DNA of 63,948 nt, counting the filler, from Porpidia crustulata (taxonomy: Eukaryota), in assembly GCA_964255105.1 (NCBI GenBank). It is 3 parts of 3 records of this genome, joined end to end, with 100 filler letters (N's around TTAATTAATTAA, not from the genome) between each part and the next. Parts side by side here need not be neighbours in the genome. Positions count along the whole stretch, not along the records: positions 44,858 to 63,948 come from CAXUWE010000151.1; 2 more parts are not named here. One strand, written 5' to 3'. The translations under genes and the position numbers were made by a program. The first letter of the stretch is position 1. Every line of letters begins with the position of its first letter. Shown here piece after piece: positions 51,169 to 63,679 of the stretch. The notes under the pieces were generated by a model. It was not told the origin of the DNA, searched no databases, and saw only the letters and a list, made by a program, of their open reading frames with translations.

Positions 51169-51803
51169 ATGTCAGCAGCAGCAGGACGTGTGGCAAGTAA
51201 AGTCGGTGGTGCCGCTGGTAAAGTCGTCGAAAAGGCCGCGGAAGCCGGCAGTGGAAAAGGCAACCAAAGCGTTCTACAAAAGGGAGCCAAGAAAGATCCA
51301 GAGCTATATGTATGGTCCCAGGTTGTCGAACCATACCCAAAAAATCTCCTCTGATATTGCAACATTCAGATACTTTTAGCGATCATGTCTGGTGCTTTCG
51401 GCCTTGCTGGCTACCATTTCGGTACGTCTCCAACACGCATCACCGGCATTCCTCTTCCTCATCTGCTGTATTATCAGGTCGCAAGCCCACCTCATCATCC
51501 TCCGAAGCCCCTGTGAGCATGGCCGAAGGATCCATGCCTTGGCAAACCTCGAGCGTGAAGGGTGAAGCGGCCGACGAGCATTTCAAATATCAGTACCATC
51601 CCGGCGGAGACAAAAACAAGGCTCCCAAGGACGCCCCGAGTGCTTTACACAGTGTCATCGTTCCTAACGTGAGATTGCCAAAGGTATTTCTGCTGTATCA
51701 TGCTACAAGAACTCAAGAATTATTGTGTAGACTCAATCGCTGACATGCGCGGACGCAGGAGCTCCACGACAAGTACAATAAATGGGGTAAGGATGGATAC
51801 TAG
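51169..51803 (+). CDS. MLRQ/NDUFA4 (COXFA4)-like small mitochondrial membrane subunit
   Basis: LQKGAKKDPELY|ILLAIMSGAFGLAGYHF|GRKPT...MPW...FKYQYHPGGD...|ELHDKYNKWGKDGY*. Three introns. Confidence 0.7.
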
Positions 51804-52090
51804 ATGTTCGTGTGCTTTTAAGGAACTTGAGAAGCCTCAGTTGCGGTACGATTACGAACAGAAGAATGTAAATAAATACGATCGAGGTTGCAATCATAGC
51901 GTTCCATCAAATTTACTGAGGCTCAATCCTTAGGTTCACCTAAATACTGCCTCTCTCCTGGGGATGTAAATCAGTTTCATCATTACAGGCTCCTCGATGA
52001 TTTGAGGACTCAATCAGATCGTAATACTTCCGAATGCAGTTAAATACCGATACTAATTATACATGGAATCGACTAAAGTCTAATACAGCA

Positions 52091-55000
52091 TCACTTAGTT
52101 GCGTCATTGCCTTCACTTCCAGGTTTAGGCTTCCCCTTGTTCTTCTCCACCATGTTCTCCTTGTTCTCATCATCATTCTCGCTTGCTGTGGCAGGATACT
52201 TGCGGCCATCGTTTTCCGCAGGATCCGAGGCTGTCTCAGGTATCCGATCCGCGTCAGGATGAGGAGGTGCGAATCCTTCAGCACCTGCCGGGCCATCCGC
52301 GATTTCATTGCCAGCGCCGTCAACAACCCGTGTCCTCGTTTCATAGCGAGTCTGGAACGAGACCTTACCCTTCAACGAAGATACTTGCTCTTGGTCGAGA
52401 AGATTGCCATCTTGGTCTCGGTACTCAACCTTTTCCTCACGCCTTATTGATGCTTCATCCACCGATGGCTGTGGCGTTACGTTCAAATCTTGGGACTTTT
52501 GGTCTGTTCCTTGTCGGTCAGCTGGCGCTGCTACCGCCACAGGCGGTCCTGTTTGTGCAGCATCTCCAGCGTTTGGAACATTGTTCGAGTACTGTTCAAA
52601 CTAGAAGACATTGTCAGTAACGTAGAACCAAGAGAGAATGAGGCCTTGGACGTACAGTGGTATGAAATGTGCTGCAATCGAAATCCCATGTGTCGAAAAG
52701 CTTCACCTTATTACAAGCATCTTGAGTCCACATATTACCATAAGACAGCGGCGCATAGAGAGTGAAAGCGACAATGCTGACAGCAAGAAAGGCTACGGTC
52801 CCGCTCCATCCAATGGCAGGTCTATGCCTAAGGCCGAAAATTGAGATGCGGTTTGTGGCAAAATCGTAAATTTGACAAAGCGCTATGATGGCAAAATACA
52901 GGGCTGGAAAGTAATGATGAAGGAATAGCTGACGTTGCATGAGATAGAAGGGGAAGTAGTGGAAGGCCCATCCCAACACCGAGGTTCCAGTTTCATAGTC
53001 GAAGCGCTTGAACGTAATGTCTTCGTAGTCCTGGAAGCCTCGTTGCCAACGGAGGATTGAAAGTCCCTTAAACAGCGTGTAGGTGATAATAGCGAATGTG
53101 GAAGACCACCAAATCACTGGGTTACCAATAAGATAGATTTGACGATGGTCTTTTCCCCAAAAGTTAATACCTCGACGGAGCATAGGCCAGGATGGCGGCC
53201 TTGAGTCCCAAGCGTGAGACTCTACTAGGCCAGCGTTCGTAGTCCACATAACCTTCTGCAGCTCCCAGAACTTACCGAGAAAACCCGGATTCTTGTAATT
53301 GACTTTCTCTGCATCGTGTCCAAGCATAGGATGCTCATTCTGCTCAACGTACCATATACTGTTAGGGAGGGTACCTTGCTTAGCGCAGGTGACTTCTTGC
53401 TGATCAAAACCCCAATCGGGGAGCTTCACTTTATGTGAGAATAGGGCACATCCAGTCATGACGTGAACAAGCCTGAACTTCGACTCAATGGTGCGGATAC
53501 GTGTCTTCGCGGTGGCTCCATCAGACATTGACTTGACAATTTCCACTCGGAAAAAGTCGTTCGCGTCTCCCTCAAAACCCTCGTAGCCGTAAGCAGATAC
53601 CTCGTTTTGCCATTCGGCTTCGCTAACAGGTGGGCGGACATCGTGGGAATGGAGACGGCGATCAGTAATGATATGATACAATCGAAGTATGGTTCCATCC
53701 GTGATTGGTACAGGCTGCATAGTATCCCACGCCTTCAGACCTGTAATGGGACCATCCAAGCCTTCAGGTTGCGTCTGATTCTCAAGCAGCCAAATATTAT
53801 TCTCATCCTTGTGTGGATATAAAGTTATTTGCTGCTGCTTGCTTCCTGTGGGATACATATGGTTATGCGAATGTAGATACCCTCCGTGAGTATTGTAATG
53901 TCGGAAACTGACTCGACTACCCAACATTACGTCGGCAGGCACATCCTGCATGGCCTTTGAATTTAAAGTAGCCTGGAACTCCGAAGACATGAATCCATCT
54001 CCATCGCCGGGATTCACAAGGCAAACAAAATGAATGGCAAACAGAGCCATATAGAAAGTCACAGGGATCATGACTAGGCAAAAGAAACGAGCGAGGAAGT
54101 GCTTGAACCACAGGCGCTGAAGAAATCACGTCAGTCCCCCATGCAGTTCGATGGGGAGAGGATAGAATACTTACTGGTGTTATAGTTCTGTTATCACCTA
54201 GTAAGACCCACAATTGAAGTAATGTCAAGCTACCGACCCAGGCAATAGTAAACAGTCCAACCCATTTCACGCTCACTGTTGCTCCGAGGCCAACACCAGT
54301 AGCAATTAGCCAGAACCACCAGCTGGGATCAAATGCCTTGGATGGACCTTGCTCATGCTGGTTTGTGAAGCATGTCCAGGCGAGAGCTGTGAACGCGGTG
54401 AAAATGATCAAGGGCGAATCCAAGAGTATCAAGCGAGATTGCGTCAATAGACCGTTTTCTGCACACACTATTAATAAAGCCAACGAGCTATTGACTTTTC
54501 TCTAATTTACCAAATATGATAAATCCAGCACCCATCGTAGCGGTCATAGTCTTACATCCAGTAGCTTTAAGGATGAGAAACATCGTAGGCACGGTCATGA
54601 CACCCATAAGAGCCGGGAGCAATCTCATAGCCACATACGGGACACCAGGCTCGACATAGTCTTTCCCAATGTCCTTGAAATCAAATTCCCCATCGAATCC
54701 GGCAAGCCATCCAGCAAGCGTGAGTAGAAGCTTGGCAAGCGGTGGATGGACGTCCATAAAAAATTTACCCTTGATGTATTTGGATGCGAAGCCTCCGAAG
54801 CTAAATAGAAAGACAAATTAGTATGTCAACGCGAAATCAGGAAACACGTCTAGCTTACTGGACTTCATCGAAGACGACACTGCTGGGTTGATATATCCTG
54901 AACAGGCGTACTACCGCGGCGACTACGGTGAGAAGTCCCAGAAGCTGAAAGTCAGAGCCAGGCAGGAGGAAGATATCATTATCGGTGACTCCGTGGGATG

Positions 55001-55106
55001 TGTAATCCGTAGGCTTGCCCTTTGTGGATTTGGGCGCACCGTTAAGCAATTGCACATCTGTCTTCTCCATGTCAGCCAGATGTGTTGGCGATGGATTTCG
55101 AGCCAT
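52091..55106 (-). CDS. PMT1: Dolichyl-phosphate-mannose:protein O-mannosyltransferase (PMT1 subfamily)
   Basis: SVVFDEV|HFGGFASKY..FMDVHPPLAKLL, QSRLILLDS, SVKWVGLFT, MIR domains (YLHSH, QQQITLYPHKD), GNPVIWW, RQLFLHHYFPALYF, and the filamentous-fungal acidic C-tail. Confidence 0.92.
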
Positions 55107-55437
55107 GTCGTAGAATCAGGGGCTGGAAATAGATTAATAGATTGAATAATACTGTAAGCTGAATGGATTTTTGCTAACCCCGTCGTGCCCGTATGCCAGG
55201 GTTTAAAGGAGTAATGAAGAAAGTTGTAATAATGAGCGTGAGAAAAGATCTGAGAGTACTAAAACATCTTATCAAATCCGAACCAAAAGCCTGAACAGCT
55301 CTCGCAGTGCCGACCAAGCAGTGTCAACGGAGATTTCAAGAACTCAAAAAGAATTTATTCCTTCTCATGCGGCACGTCAAAGAACACGAAGCTCCAAATC
55401 TCAGCCGCACCCTACAGCAGCCCAGTAAGGCGCCCTA

Positions 55438-55566
55438 CTCGTTCCCACCCCCAAACGGTCCGCCCTACCTAGGGTTAGGGCTACAGCGTAGGGTTAGGGT
55501 TATATTGACTAATCTTAACTAGCGCGGACCGTTTGGGGGTGCGGACCGTTTGGGGGTGGGAACGAG
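55438..55566. mobile_element. MITE / non-autonomous Tc1-mariner (pogo/Fot1-like) element, 129 bp
   Basis: Perfect 26-bp TIRs (55438-55463 CTCGTTCCCACCCCCAAACGGTCCGC and its reverse complement at 55541-55566), TA on both flanks, a 17-bp subterminal direct repeat, and internal TAGGGTTAGGG twice. Confidence 0.82.
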
Positions 55567-55835
55567 TAGTATCTACATATGCCAAGACATTAGTGGCCTT
55601 CAAGGATCGAATTGAGAATCTCACGACACCTCGCACTTCTACACTGTAAGAATTCTTATATTGGATTCATTCTCTCTTGGTATCCTTGTCTGTATTCAAG
55701 AGCTCACGGGTCTTACTTGGTCACACACATATTCTGACCCCATAATCACCTCCGACATCGTGGACTCAAAAACTACAGTACATGGCCTAGACTCGCAGGT
55801 AATTACTTAAATGAACCTTACGGTTCTCAACTATC

Positions 55836-57486
55836 ATGGCGCCGTTAGCGACCAACTTTGACAATGCTGTTATTGCGACACCACACGACGAAGTCAGCAA
55901 ACCTCCTACGGGAGTTGTCCTACCTCCAAGAGATATCCGAGCTATTGTCGAGAAAACTGCTGGCTATGTCGCTCGTAACGGGGCTGTGTTTGAAGACCGA
56001 ATTAGAGAGAAAGAAAAGCATAATCCAAAATTCTCGTTCCTGAGCATCAACGATGCATACAATGCATTCTACACATGGCGTTTGCAGGAGGTTAAAGAGG
56101 GAAGAGGCACCGCAATCTCCGCTGGAAGAGTAGGAGAAGCTGTTCCAGCTGCTGAGCCAGAGAAAGCACGAGGTCCTGCTGCCCCCCCAGATTTCCACTT
56201 CTCTGCTCGGATGCCAAATATCAATGCTCAAGATCTCGAGGTCGTCAAGTTGACAGCACTTTTTGTTGCGAAGAATGGGAGATCATTCATGACCACACTC
56301 TCACAGAAAGAGACAAGAAACTATCAGTTCGATTTCCTCAGACCTCAGCACAGTCTTTATCAATTCTTTAGTCGCTTGGTAGATCAATACACATTACTGT
56401 TACAGGCTGCCAGTGTCGGAGGGGAAAAAGCGCAGAAATTTCGGGTGGCAGAACTGGAGAAGAGTGCTCAAGATCGATTCAATGTGCTTGAGAGATCAAG
56501 AAAAAGAGCAGAATGGGTCAAATTCCAAGAGGAGCAGAAGCAAAAGAAGGAGGAAGAGGCTGAGAAAGAAAAGCTAGAGTATGCACAGATCGATTGGCAT
56601 GATTTTGTCGTAGTGGAGACCGTCCTTTTCGAGGAAGCCGACGACCAGGCGGACCTGCCCCCGCCAACCTCGTTGAATGATCTCCAGTCCGCTTCACTGG
56701 AGCAAAAGGCAGCCATGTCATTACAACCCTACGATCGACGAATCGAAGAAGCAATGCCTACAGACCAAGACTATGGCCTATTCTACAGTCAGCAACAGCC
56801 CCATTCCATGCCGCCGCCGACTGGTCCCACAAAATTCGACGACGTTTACGACTCGCAACCACAGACAATGGATTACCAACTTGTCCCACAAACCCCTACA
56901 AACGCCCAAGACGACGAAGAAGATCGAGCCATCGCCGAACGTACACAAGCCCGGGAACGTGCTCAAGCCGCCCAAGCTGCAGCCAAAGGCAATGCAGGCC
57001 AGCCGATGCGTATCAGAAACGACTACGTGCCACGCGCACAGGCCAAGAGACAGAATGTAGCAATGGCGATATGTCCATACTGCAAACAACAGATCCCCTA
57101 TGAGGAGCTAGACCAACACATACGAAGTTTGCAATCCTTCTTTTCCCGTTTCTTTACACCTAGTCTGATACTAATGTGTCTTCCTAGTCGAACTCCTCGA
57201 TCCCCGTTGGAAAGAACAACGCGCCAAATCCGACCTTCGTCAATCTACCACCAATCTCTCCACTTCGGACGTCGCCGCTAATCTCAAACGCCTTGCATCC
57301 CAGCGCAGCGATGTCTTTGACGGTGTAACAGGGCAACCGGTGATCAGCGAGGAGGAAGCGGCGCGAAGGAAGAAGGCGGCGACGAGCTATGATGGGCAAT
57401 TGGAAAAGGGCAAGGACTTGGAGCGGATGCAGGGGATGAATATCAACGAGCAGATACGGCAGATCCACCAGAAGTTCAAGTCGTAA
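55836..57486 (+). CDS. PRP21: U2 snRNP splicing factor SF3a subunit 1 (Prp21/Sap114)
   Basis: Two SURP domains (IVEKTAGYVARNG..FE; VVKLTALFVAKNGRSF..YQFDFLRPQHSL), YAQIDWHDFVVVET, and CPYCKQ..HIR|VELLDPRW. One intron. Confidence 0.95.
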
Positions 57487-58199
57487 CGTTATTTGAATCA
57501 GGACGGGAGAGGATATGCAATGATTTTTGATACCACCCGTACCTCAACGGGTTGTGATTAGTAAATCTACATGACACCAGCAGGTTTTCGCGCATATGCA
57601 GCAAACTGATCGGTCAGGGTGCATCACACGAGGACTTATCCTGCTTGCAAAGATTCGCGGTTTCAGTACCTATATGTTTCTATACATTTCTGTAAGACCT
57701 CCCCGTTTGACCTGGCATCATCCAGCACCGGGGTCCATGCAATGAGACCGCAAGTACCGATGGAGCCTAAAATGCAAGACGTCCAGAACGCCACTGTAAG
57801 GCGGAACCTTCACTTATTTAATAGAGCATGGCCGAATTGGCAAGTAAATTTTTGACATTGGATCAACACATTATACATTACTCCGTTCCATTGTGATTAT
57901 ATTGGTAAGAAGCGGAACCTTGATACTCGTCTCTCATCTCTACGAGATGCCTTCATCCATGCCTCATGAATCCATGCTCATTGCTCCCAGCAGCCTTCCC
58001 GTGTCCCTAGTTTCCCTAAGGCTTTGGTGTAGATACGTGCCCTGACAAAAGAAATCTAGACCTGGCGATTGTAGCTAGGCCCAAAAGAAAAATGAGATAC
58101 AGGTATGCCCAGCAAAAGGAGGTTTGGGTATGTTAGAGGGTGGACGTGTAGTAGTGGTAATGAAATATCCATGGAATGCATTGTAATCTAAAGAAAATT

Positions 58200-60257
58200 C
58201 TAAAAGTCAAAGGCCCCGGGAATGGTGACAGATAGTCTTTGCTCACTGTTGAGGTTTGAACTGTCAGGATGTTTGGCTTCTGGTGGCAGAGCTGTGCTGT
58301 TTACTATAGTAATATCATCTTCGGGCGATGAAGCTTTTGCTTCGAGTGATTCTTTCAGATTTCTTCGCAATTGGTTTGCAATCAACTCGTCATCGATCGC
58401 AGAAAGGGATGACTGGTTCGCTCTAGGCTCCGACGAAATTCTAGGCGTAACTTTGGTGTTGTCGATCCCCGCCTCACCTTCGGGTCTTGAAATCGTCGTT
58501 TTGCCTATTGAAACGTGCTTCTCATGGGAGATAAAAGGGTCTTCACTCTCATTGGCAGACAATTCGCGGACGTTGAGGCCTTCAGTACTCGAGGCCTCAT
58601 CGGGGTTTGCACAGCTCATTTTGGCGTCTGACCTTTCAACAGAACTCCGAGGAGAATCCCGAGCGCGGACAAAAGCAGGGACTACGCCACCCCCTATCCT
58701 AGCCCAGAACATTGCTTCGCGGAGACGCACACTTTCTTCCCAGGCGAGGGCTTCGGCTTCGACGCCGTTTGCCCTCCAATGCCCATCCTTGACCATCCGT
58801 AAGAACCCGAGGAAGTCGCAAGACGCCCGCATTCGGTTAACACAATAATTGCATAGAGGATATCTTTGCGCATTTTCGGTATCGCTTGTTTTAAACCTGT
58901 GGGCTCTGGTGTACTCATTCCCTTTCCTATTCTCTCCGCAAAGAGAACAAGAGGTGATGTAAAGCCTTGGTACAGTAGGCATTGGTTCGATGACTAGACT
59001 CCCCTCGCACATGCTGTTGATTACCGTTCTTCGAGCAAGCCACGAGAGACCGGGAGCAGTTTCGAGGCGCAATGTGGGTTCAATGTCCTCTGTGAGCACT
59101 CGTTTGTAGAAGCGAGCCTCTTTTAATGGAATACTATTAAAAGACACGTCTCGAGAGGACACACTCGAGTTTGTGGAGGATGGTGTGATGGGAGACGATT
59201 GATAAGTCCCGGACGTCGAGAGAGAAGATGTGGAGCCGTTGATGGGCAATTGATTCGTCGATTGAGAGTGAAGATTTCCTAGGCTTACCGCACTAAGGGC
59301 TCCATAGGAGCCACTTGTTACGCGACTCGAAGGTTTACGCGAAGTCTGAAGAAGCATGTAGAAATCCTCGTACGCGGGAAGATCTTTACGTAGCACAGGA
59401 TTTAACAAGTGGGTGAAGCTTGTAGGTGGAGCAGATGGTATGTCATCTGCACCTGGTGTGATCGGGGAGATGTGCAAAGCCTCGAAAATCTTCGTCATCT
59501 GCTCCTGTGTTCCCAACCCGGGCGTCGAGGGAGCGGTGGACACATTGGTTTTTGAATCCGGCTCGTCACACTCTGATGACATTTGCTGCATCACTCTTTT
59601 GAGTTCGGCGAGTTGCTCTTGATGGGATGCCAGGAGTAATTCTGTATCATTGAGCTGAGCCCGAAGTTGCTCGTTACGCTTTTCTGCAAGCTCCCGCTCT
59701 TTCCGCGCAGCTGAAACCATCTATTTGAAATCAGTATTCATTAATGAGACTAGACATCTCAACCACACCTCGTTTGCTTCCTCAAAAAGAGCGGTGGTCA
59801 ACGTCTCCAACTCTTGCTCAATTCCTTTCTTATCCTTCTCCACCACAACTCTTCGCTTCTTCTCGTCAGCCAGATTTGCCATAAGCTTTACGGTTTTGTC
59901 TTCCATGTCCTGGTGTTTCACGAGCACGCCACTTGCCACCATGGTCCTATACTCCCTTAATTCGGCTTCCAATTGCTGCATCCGTTGTCGAGAGGAGTCA
60001 AGCTCATGCCGCGTTTCTGATAGGGTATCGTCTAGACTTGTCTGGTGATTTATGGCGCTGATGAGTTTGTTGCTTAATGTGGCTACCTCACTGTTCAGAT
60101 CCGGATGATGAGGAGAGTTCGAATTGTTTCTAGACAGCCCGGAGGAAGCAAGTGGACTTCGAGGATCGGGCAACGTGCTAAGCTCATCTGATGTAGCGGA
60201 CCGCGATCGAGAAATCGGCAATCCCGGTGCCATCGTCACTGCAGCCATGCTTTCCAA
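58200..60257 (-). CDS. SEC2: Rab guanine nucleotide exchange factor Sec2
   Basis: IEQELETLTTALFEEANE|MVSAARKE coiled coil, FYKRVLTEDIEPTLRL..APGLSWL, CSLCGE...YPLCNYC..RMRASCDF, WEESVRLRE.MFWAR. The 5' end is unresolved. Confidence 0.92.
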
Positions 60258-61893
60258 TGCAGAATGGCCACTGGTATGGAAGCTTCAAAACTCGAACTTT
60301 CTAAACCGAGAGTCCATAGGTAGCATCAGAACCCGAAACCGCAGAAGCTGAGAAATGAGGTTCTAGCCGGCATTCGAGACAGCAGTGGGACTTAGACCAG
60401 TATTGAGTCAGCGGCCAGCAGCGCTGGATGCCAATGGTGGGTGAATGGGGTGATTTGGAGTCGCCAAGCCGAGATCATATGATGGGAGGACAGTGGGTAG
60501 ATCTGAGGAGGAGCTGGTATTCTACCGCAACTGCAAAGAGCAACAAACACGCCAAATTGCACCGACTGTCGTTAGTCGTAAGGAGGATAGAAGAATTGGT
60601 CGACACTTTGTATTCTAGCCCAAGTCGCACAGTGTAGGTACTTCACACGGCTTCGTAGAAATAATGGCAAATAATGGATCTATTTCAAGGTTTGAGATTA
60701 CCCATGGTAGTGAGAGGTGAGGGGAGTGAGCAACGATCTGGAAAGAAATAGGATATTAACATTATTATTGTTTCCTTATTATTATTTTAGAATATGGGGA
60801 AAGGATGTCATATTGCACAGGATCTTGGCTTATGTAACATTCACCGGGCTTCAGAATCCAATCGCAGCAAGTGATTTCCCGTTATAGCCAATCAAAACAT
60901 ATGAAGTGAGCAGGGATAGGACTTCCCCACCTAGGCGCGAGGGTAAGGCACGGGATCATGCAGTTGGAGTATCTCCTCCTGTACTACATAGGTCCTAGTA
61001 ATAGGCAGCTACCTACCTACCCATCCGTGCCATTTACCTCTCCGTCATCAACTTTGAGTACTTCGTAGGTAAAACCAAATATTTACCGTGGAAAGTAAAG
61101 TATCTAACAAACATCACCCAAAATGACCTTAAGTTGTAGATGATTTTCGGACCGACTGTTGTATATTATCGAGGCGAATGACGCCTGCGAAATTACCTTG
61201 CCTGCTTGCCTAGGTCCCTATATTTCAGCCTTGCAGTCTTCAACAGAATCTGGTTATTTCCTGTTAAGCGAGCGCAGCGACGTTGGATTGTTGTTGAGCT
61301 GTTTGACCGCCAGTTTGTCATCATTTCAACCCTGCATACGTGCCTCTTTGTCATTTCACTTATAGCGCATGACCTCGAACCTGTACGGTATCTAGTCCCA
61401 TCGCCTCTTCACTGCAAACTTTTCGTGTTTCGAGAAACGAAGAAGTGATTGCATTACTGCGGCATTGCAAACACAGCGACACTCTGATTCCTCTCCGTAC
61501 ACAACTATACTTTGCATTATCACCTTGAGAGTAATGGCCCGCATCATAGACTGAGAGATCAAAGCCAGCTTTGGGCATCGTCGTCAATAATTGGATACGG
61601 TTTTACATACAGTAGTCCACTTCAGATGTCATTGTGGTGCATAGTTTGGTGCTGCCATTGTGGGCAATTGTTGTGCAGAATCCAAATGCGCTCGAATCGT
61701 ACAACAGCTATAATCATTGTTGAGCCCCTTGCAAGAATAGAAAGTGGCGAAGCAAGAAAACTTGATCATGTAGAACGGTAGTTGTTCAAGGTAGCAAGCC
61801 TAAAGCTGGGACAAGATTTAGGCGACTGTGGCGACCATGTCTGGACAGTAACATTTAAATCACACTGAATCCATTCCATATACTAAGTGGACA

Positions 61894-62479
61894 ATGTCAG
61901 ACGCAGACCTCGAAGAAGTAAAATATCTTGTTTCAACGTCCCATAGATTGTGACTAATCGTCTCAAAGATCAGAAAGGGCCGGCTAGCACAGCTTCAACA
62001 ACAAAGCGGGGTTGGTGGGGCGTTTGGGGGAGGAAGTGGAAATGGGCAGGAAGAACATCAAAAGTAAAGCAATCTCATCCGGTCGTCTCGCCATGTTCTC
62101 TACTGACTACTCCGCGCAGACAGCAAGAATGTAGACGCTGATTATCCTCGCCCGCCCTTCCACAAGCTACCTACTAATATTGCCAATAGCTGAAGCAAGA
62201 ACCTCCATCCTCGCTCAGATCCTGCTCCCCGAAGCGGCAGACCGCCTTGGCCGCATTCGCTTGGTTAAGGAATCCCGTGCCATAGATGTCGAGAATCGTT
62301 TGATCATGTTAGCACGTTCCGGGCAATTGAGGTCCAAAGTCACAGAAGAGCAGCTCAAAGAGCTACTGGGGGCGATGGCGGAAGGTGTCGAAAAGGATGT
62401 GGGAAAGATAACGATCAGCAGGAGAAAAGGAGGATGGAACGGTGACGATGATCTGGACGACTTGCTGGAGTTGACATGA
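61894..62479 (+). CDS. PDCD5/Sdd2 family double-stranded DNA-binding protein
   Basis: MSDADLEE|IRKGRLAQLQ...|...ARTSILAQILLPEAADRLGRIRLVK..RA..VENRLI.LARSGQL..KVTEEQLKELL. Three introns, including an 11-nt micro-exon. Confidence 0.9.
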
Positions 62480-62719
62480 TTAAAAGGCACAATAAGACAT
62501 ATTTACATGATACCACGAGAGCAGCGTCTGGACAGGACAGGGAGGGCTAATTTTATTACATTGCATGGCGTTTTCGGCATATGACTGATCCTTCCAATGA
62601 AGCCTTTCGCAAACCACGACTTTGTAAAGAGGGGGAAGCAGCTATAGGTCATTATTTGGACGGATCCATAGCCCTGTACACGTTCCTTCTAGTCCCTGGT
62701 CCGCGACCAACACCCTCAT

Positions 62720-63619
62720 TTACTCCCTCTTTTCTTGTGCTGCCCTTTGTTGCTTCTTGAGGTTCTTCCTTGATTGTCTCAAGTCCGGAGGTCGCTCAAT
62801 ACCGAGTTCCTTCCTCAGATCGTCTACATCTTTCTCTAATTCTTCCTCCCAGTAAACATTGATTATTTCCTTGCTTTTCAGACCGTTCTTGAAAGCCCAT
62901 GGAAGATAGGTGCTCCAGAATCTTGACCTCTCCGCTGGTTTTAACCTGGACACAGCAAAGAGGCTTAACCCAGTCATGGGTAACAGTGTGTTAGCAAATT
63001 CAAACGCCTTCAGTGCAACCTCACCTTCCACCATGACTGGCAAACCGGTGATTGCATGGTAGAAGTCGTGGCATTCTCTATATCGCTGCATGACATATGC
63101 GCATTCCTCATCATCTATGTATTTGACATTGTCCCTCGTGTCCGGAGTTACTCCTTCGCGGTCCAGCCACTCAACGTATGCCCGGCCTACACTTCTTGGT
63201 GGTGAAGTACGCAGGCGCGTCATTGACATCGTTTGGGATGTGATCCTGGGGCGATCTCGCAGTATACGCCGGCCAGTTGAGGAAGCCAGCATTGCATGTC
63301 GTAAGCGGTGGATAAAATAGGGTGTCGCAGTTGTTTCGCCAAGAGCAGCTATCGAATCTGCGTTCGTGTGATTAGTCCTTGAACCGGAACTTCACCCTTA
63401 GCCATGAAGCTTGCCTGCTCTTCGTGGATTGAATAAAGATGTGACGGCAGATCCCACAACAAGTGCGGTCCGCTCGGGGACATTGAGAGGGACATGGCCT
63501 TCGTAATTTGGAGGCGGACGGCTCAAGCCAGAGAACCTCCTCACAAAGCTGTTACATGCAAGTCGAAGCGAAAAAGGTAGATTGAGGGACCTTTGAGCGA
63601 TTATGGAATACACTGGCAT
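62720..63619 (-). CDS. COQ4: Ubiquinone biosynthesis protein COQ4
   Basis: [15 protein letters not shown]...[12 protein letters not shown]...[14 protein letters not shown]...[13 protein letters not shown] (HDxxH-x11-E motif), NVYWEE. Confidence 0.95.
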
Positions 63620-63679
63620 CACCTTATGGCATCTATCATCGTTACGTTTTGGATGGACGCAAGGGTGTATGTGTATGTA

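Noticed and set aside
16824..57486. Functional cluster of nuclear RNA-processing genes (NCBP3, coilin-like, RPA43, PRP21)
   Set aside because: The genes are interspersed with unrelated housekeeping genes and split over different contigs, so co-location is likely chance.
61318..61324. Box C motif ATGATGA in a putative intron (C/D snoRNA)
   Set aside because: No box D CTGA within the intron and no terminal stem.
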